From: Botryllus schlosseri | Lineage: Eukaryota | Assembly: GCA_051294905.1 (NCBI GenBank) | Contig: CM119371.1 | Span: forward strand, 23,686,001-23,750,000 | Length of the DNA stretch: 64,000 bases | Direction: 5' to 3' | In this document: one piece after another, positions 60,799 through 64,000 of the stretch | Layout: every line of letters begins with the position of its first letter | Position numbering within the stretch: the stretch's first letter is position 1 | Made by a program: the position numbers and the translations under genes | The notes under the pieces: generated by a model | The model's database searches: none | Seen by the model: only the letters and a program-made list of their open reading frames with translations | What the model was told of the DNA's origin: nothing

Positions 60799-61889
60799 CA
60801 CTTGAATGTATTGGGGATAGGAAGCCTACAAATCTTATTGTCTTGGTCGCTGCCTTTCGAGCAGTGTGCAGCTTGAATAGCCATATGATGTTGAACGAAG
60901 CTTGCAGTTTTTCTGAAATTTGTCTGTCTTCGTGTTTTTGTGTAAATACCTACTTTAATTAAAATCCTAAATCTCTGCGACATATATGCTCGACAAAAAC
61001 TAAAAGGTACACCCCTGACTACAGTACACAATTTCAAATATCACTTTCTGAAAAATGATCAGAGCAGATGACCGACGATCTTGCTGGCTCCCAGTCTTTT
61101 CTTCTAATACATTCTATCCATCTTTCTTTCAGGGAATCATTGGTAGGAAAGCTGCGTTGTAGAGAACATTGTATCAGTTCACAAGTAGGCTAATTCTATG
61201 ATACGAAGCACACCAAATTGACCATTCTCTGTTATGAACGATGATAAAAGTAGCAGGAACATATGTGGAATTATCTTGTTTGATTTAGATATATCTGTTA
61301 CTTTCTACCCCAGAAGGATAAACTATTAGGTAACTTTTTAAATCTAAAGCCAAAGGTAAACCTAAAAAAACATCTTACGAGACAAATCGAACGTCTCGCA
61401 CGTACAAGGCTATAATGAACTCGGCCACGGAATTAGCAATTTGAACTTTAGTGTGAGCATCTGGCACCAGAAATATAGAATTATTACTCAACTATGCTGG
61501 ACAAAACCGTGTGGCCCTCAATTATACCTTTCCTTCTAGTCCTAACTCCAACCTTCACGACAATTTTAAGCAAGGATTGAGTACTAAGCAAGTTATTGGC
61601 TGAACTGCCCATACAGAATACAAACAGTGACCTGGCTGGTCATGCTATTACAGGTATACTGATGAACTGACATGGTGCTGAGACTGCTGATATAGTCTGC
61701 TCTGATCATACCAACATCCATATACTTGTGACAAAATGTTCTGGTATAATGACACTTTAACATGGCCTAATCATTAATGCTGTGGCTTATCTGGACATTG
61801 ATTAACTGTGATGGTCAGGAAATATTGAAAATAGAAACTGATTCTTCAAAGATAGTCTTGCTGCCCTGCATATTCTGCCATTCACTCAC

Positions 61890-62050
61890 CGGTGAAATGT
61901 TCTTGGATGCCGACGCTTTACCAAAGACTCTTCATCGCTACTACCATCGCTATTACTTCTCATATATGACTCCGTGGATACCTTTTTCTGCCTTTTACTG
62001 CACCCATAGGCGCAACAAACGCTACCACCAAAACGAGATGTCTTCGACAT
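61890..62050 (-). CDS. First exon of a THAP-domain-like gene (transposon-associated)
   Basis: MSKTSRFGGSVCCAYGCSKR...RTFH(R) ending at a GTGAGT donor. CxxxxC and FHR match the THAP N-terminus. No intact downstream exon was recognised. Confidence 0.55.
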
Positions 62051-64000
62051 GTCGAAATACACAGATAACACAGATATAAACACGAGATATTGGGCTGAAA
62101 CAAATCCTGAATATTACGATGATTATTCATTCAAAGCTCCATTCGAATAAAATACTACAAACCCAATACGAATCAAATATATTTTAAAACTGTACGTTTT
62201 TCCATAAGCGCCTGTACTAAGTCGTCCAGCCTATCCCCCACAATGCAACTGTAACATGGTGACAACGCAAATTTGCTTAGCCGGAGATGGCAGTAGTTCG
62301 GGGCTTGGTGACGAGTTATATTAGACGCCCACTAGTGACATTGCGCGGCAGATTGAGAATAAGAATGCTCGTCATAGTGGATGAGAAAGCTAGTATTCAA
62401 GTATTAATTCGTCGTTTACGTCCAACATAAAAGGTCCCGAGTATTGTTTGCCCATTACAATGAGGCTGGATAGTATTTTCCTATCACCTTTTGCAATTTC
62501 AAGGCACACATAAAAACTCACACTGTCCAATTTCGCACTCCTATCAAAATTACTGTCACGAAAATCTGGTTAACCATTTACTGTAAGCACGGAGGGATGG
62601 CTTTATTTTAGAAGAGGAGAAAGAGTATCAGCCTCGTAAAAAGATTGGGTTTTCGCATTTTTGGCAAATTGAATAAAAAACTGTATTATTTAGAAATTTT
62701 TCGGAACCCACCTGAAATAACTTCGCGACCCACAGACGGGTCGCAACCCACCAGTTGGGAAGCACTGGTATAAGGTACATTCAATCGAAAATCGTCACCA
62801 ACGATCTCCGCAGATGATCATTGATTTACAGCATTGAGTTTTGTAGCCAACCACAAAATCAATCAAACAAGCAAGACTAATTATTCAGCGACACTAAACG
62901 AGCGTAAATTAAGAGCACACATTCAAAACGTACGCACTACGAGGAATACGAAGATTTCTAATAGAAATCGCCTGGTTAGGGTTGTTTCACTGATTGATTC
63001 TGTCCTTTTCTTACAAAATGCGAATATGACATACCGTATATCCTGTTGCCAATATACACACGACGAATACAATCTTAATCAGTGCGGGTTCTTAAACTGG
63101 GTGACGTGAAAGCATCTGAGGGGAGTCGCGAAGCTGCCTGGGCGAAATGATGATTGTTTAACTAGTAATGAGTTTAATTTGTGCTGAAACTTCCAAATTT
63201 CAACAATGGCGATCATCCTAAGAATATTTCGATAATAAACGTCATAATTGCGTCGTACCACCATCCTCACAAGGAATCTAGATTTTGACTGATACCGAGC
63301 CTTTCACTAATCGTAAGATGTCCCCGAATGAAGTAATTGGTGAATGTGTGTAGCTGCGTTATTGGTTTTTTCATTTAGCTTATGATCAGGTACGTTTGAA
63401 CTAAGCTGAAGTGCGGCAATAAAACGGATTATGCACCAATATCGGTATATTATCTATATCCTACGTGCTACCATCTCACAAGATCATGATCACCAAAATA
63501 AACGGCTGGCGCCGTAATTCCGATCTCGCGGGCTGCACACCATTAGTGGACTGACGGATCCCAACGGCTTCAAGTGATACCATTTCTACGCCGTTCTATT
63601 GTAATTGCAAATACAGTGAGACTAAATTTTCTATAGAATGAGTATATTTTAATTTTTTGGTATAGGGTTACAAAAAGCAGGAAATCGATGGGCACCTTAT
63701 CACACGATGCGCAATGGAAAAGTTTAAGTTAAAAGTAAATCATACTGTCGCGAAATTAGAAAATGTACGAAATGCGAGGTGGAATGGTTATTTTCGCCAT
63801 TCCTGGCTACGCCGGAGCTTTTGCTTTTTACAGGTCAACAATCCAAATTTCAAGTTCGGGCTAATTCAAGTATTGGTTGAGCTTTCAAGTTGACAATAAA
63901 TTACGTCGGCAACTCAATTTTTGATATAATAACTACTTTCGGAAATTACCGTGTCGGTCACTCAAAACCTTTTCGCAGGCCAAATGTGGCCTGCGGGCCA

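Larger units (their letters stand above)
53814..62767. mobile_element. hAT-type MITE (CGCGACCCAC subtermini) swollen to ~9 kb by nested elements
   Basis: CAGTGCTACCAAAC / GTTGGGAAGCACTG with TSD GTATAATG/GTATAAGG (53806-53813, 62768-62775). Confidence 0.6.

Overview
Repeat-dense eukaryotic (animal) genomic DNA. Short GT-AG introns and the hAT-MITE repertoire suggest an invertebrate, possibly an ascidian (inference). The centrepiece is a 19.1-kb element (30170-49288) with Polinton/Maverick hallmarks: AGTAGT-type termini, a perfect 6-bp TSD CACATG and an adenain-like cysteine protease. It is almost entirely one giant palindrome of two ~6.7-kb near-identical inverted arms around a 910-bp spacer, and I recognise no pPolB, integrase, ATPase or capsid gene in it. 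It looks like a copy-back (snap-back) defective Polinton that was integrated as a unit. A young Ty3/Gypsy element (identical 256-bp LTRs, tRNA-Leu PBS, 1303-aa Gag-Pol) sits in the right arm only, and the left arm preserves the empty site. The flanks hold deeply nested hAT-type MITEs with 8-bp TSDs, several smaller foldback elements, and decayed Harbinger, hAT, THAP and DUF4806-like coding remnants. There are also two Penelope 3' ends, each carrying a minimal hammerhead ribozyme with covarying structure, and two candidate host-gene exons (24031-24682). All calls were made by eye; no searches or alignments were run.
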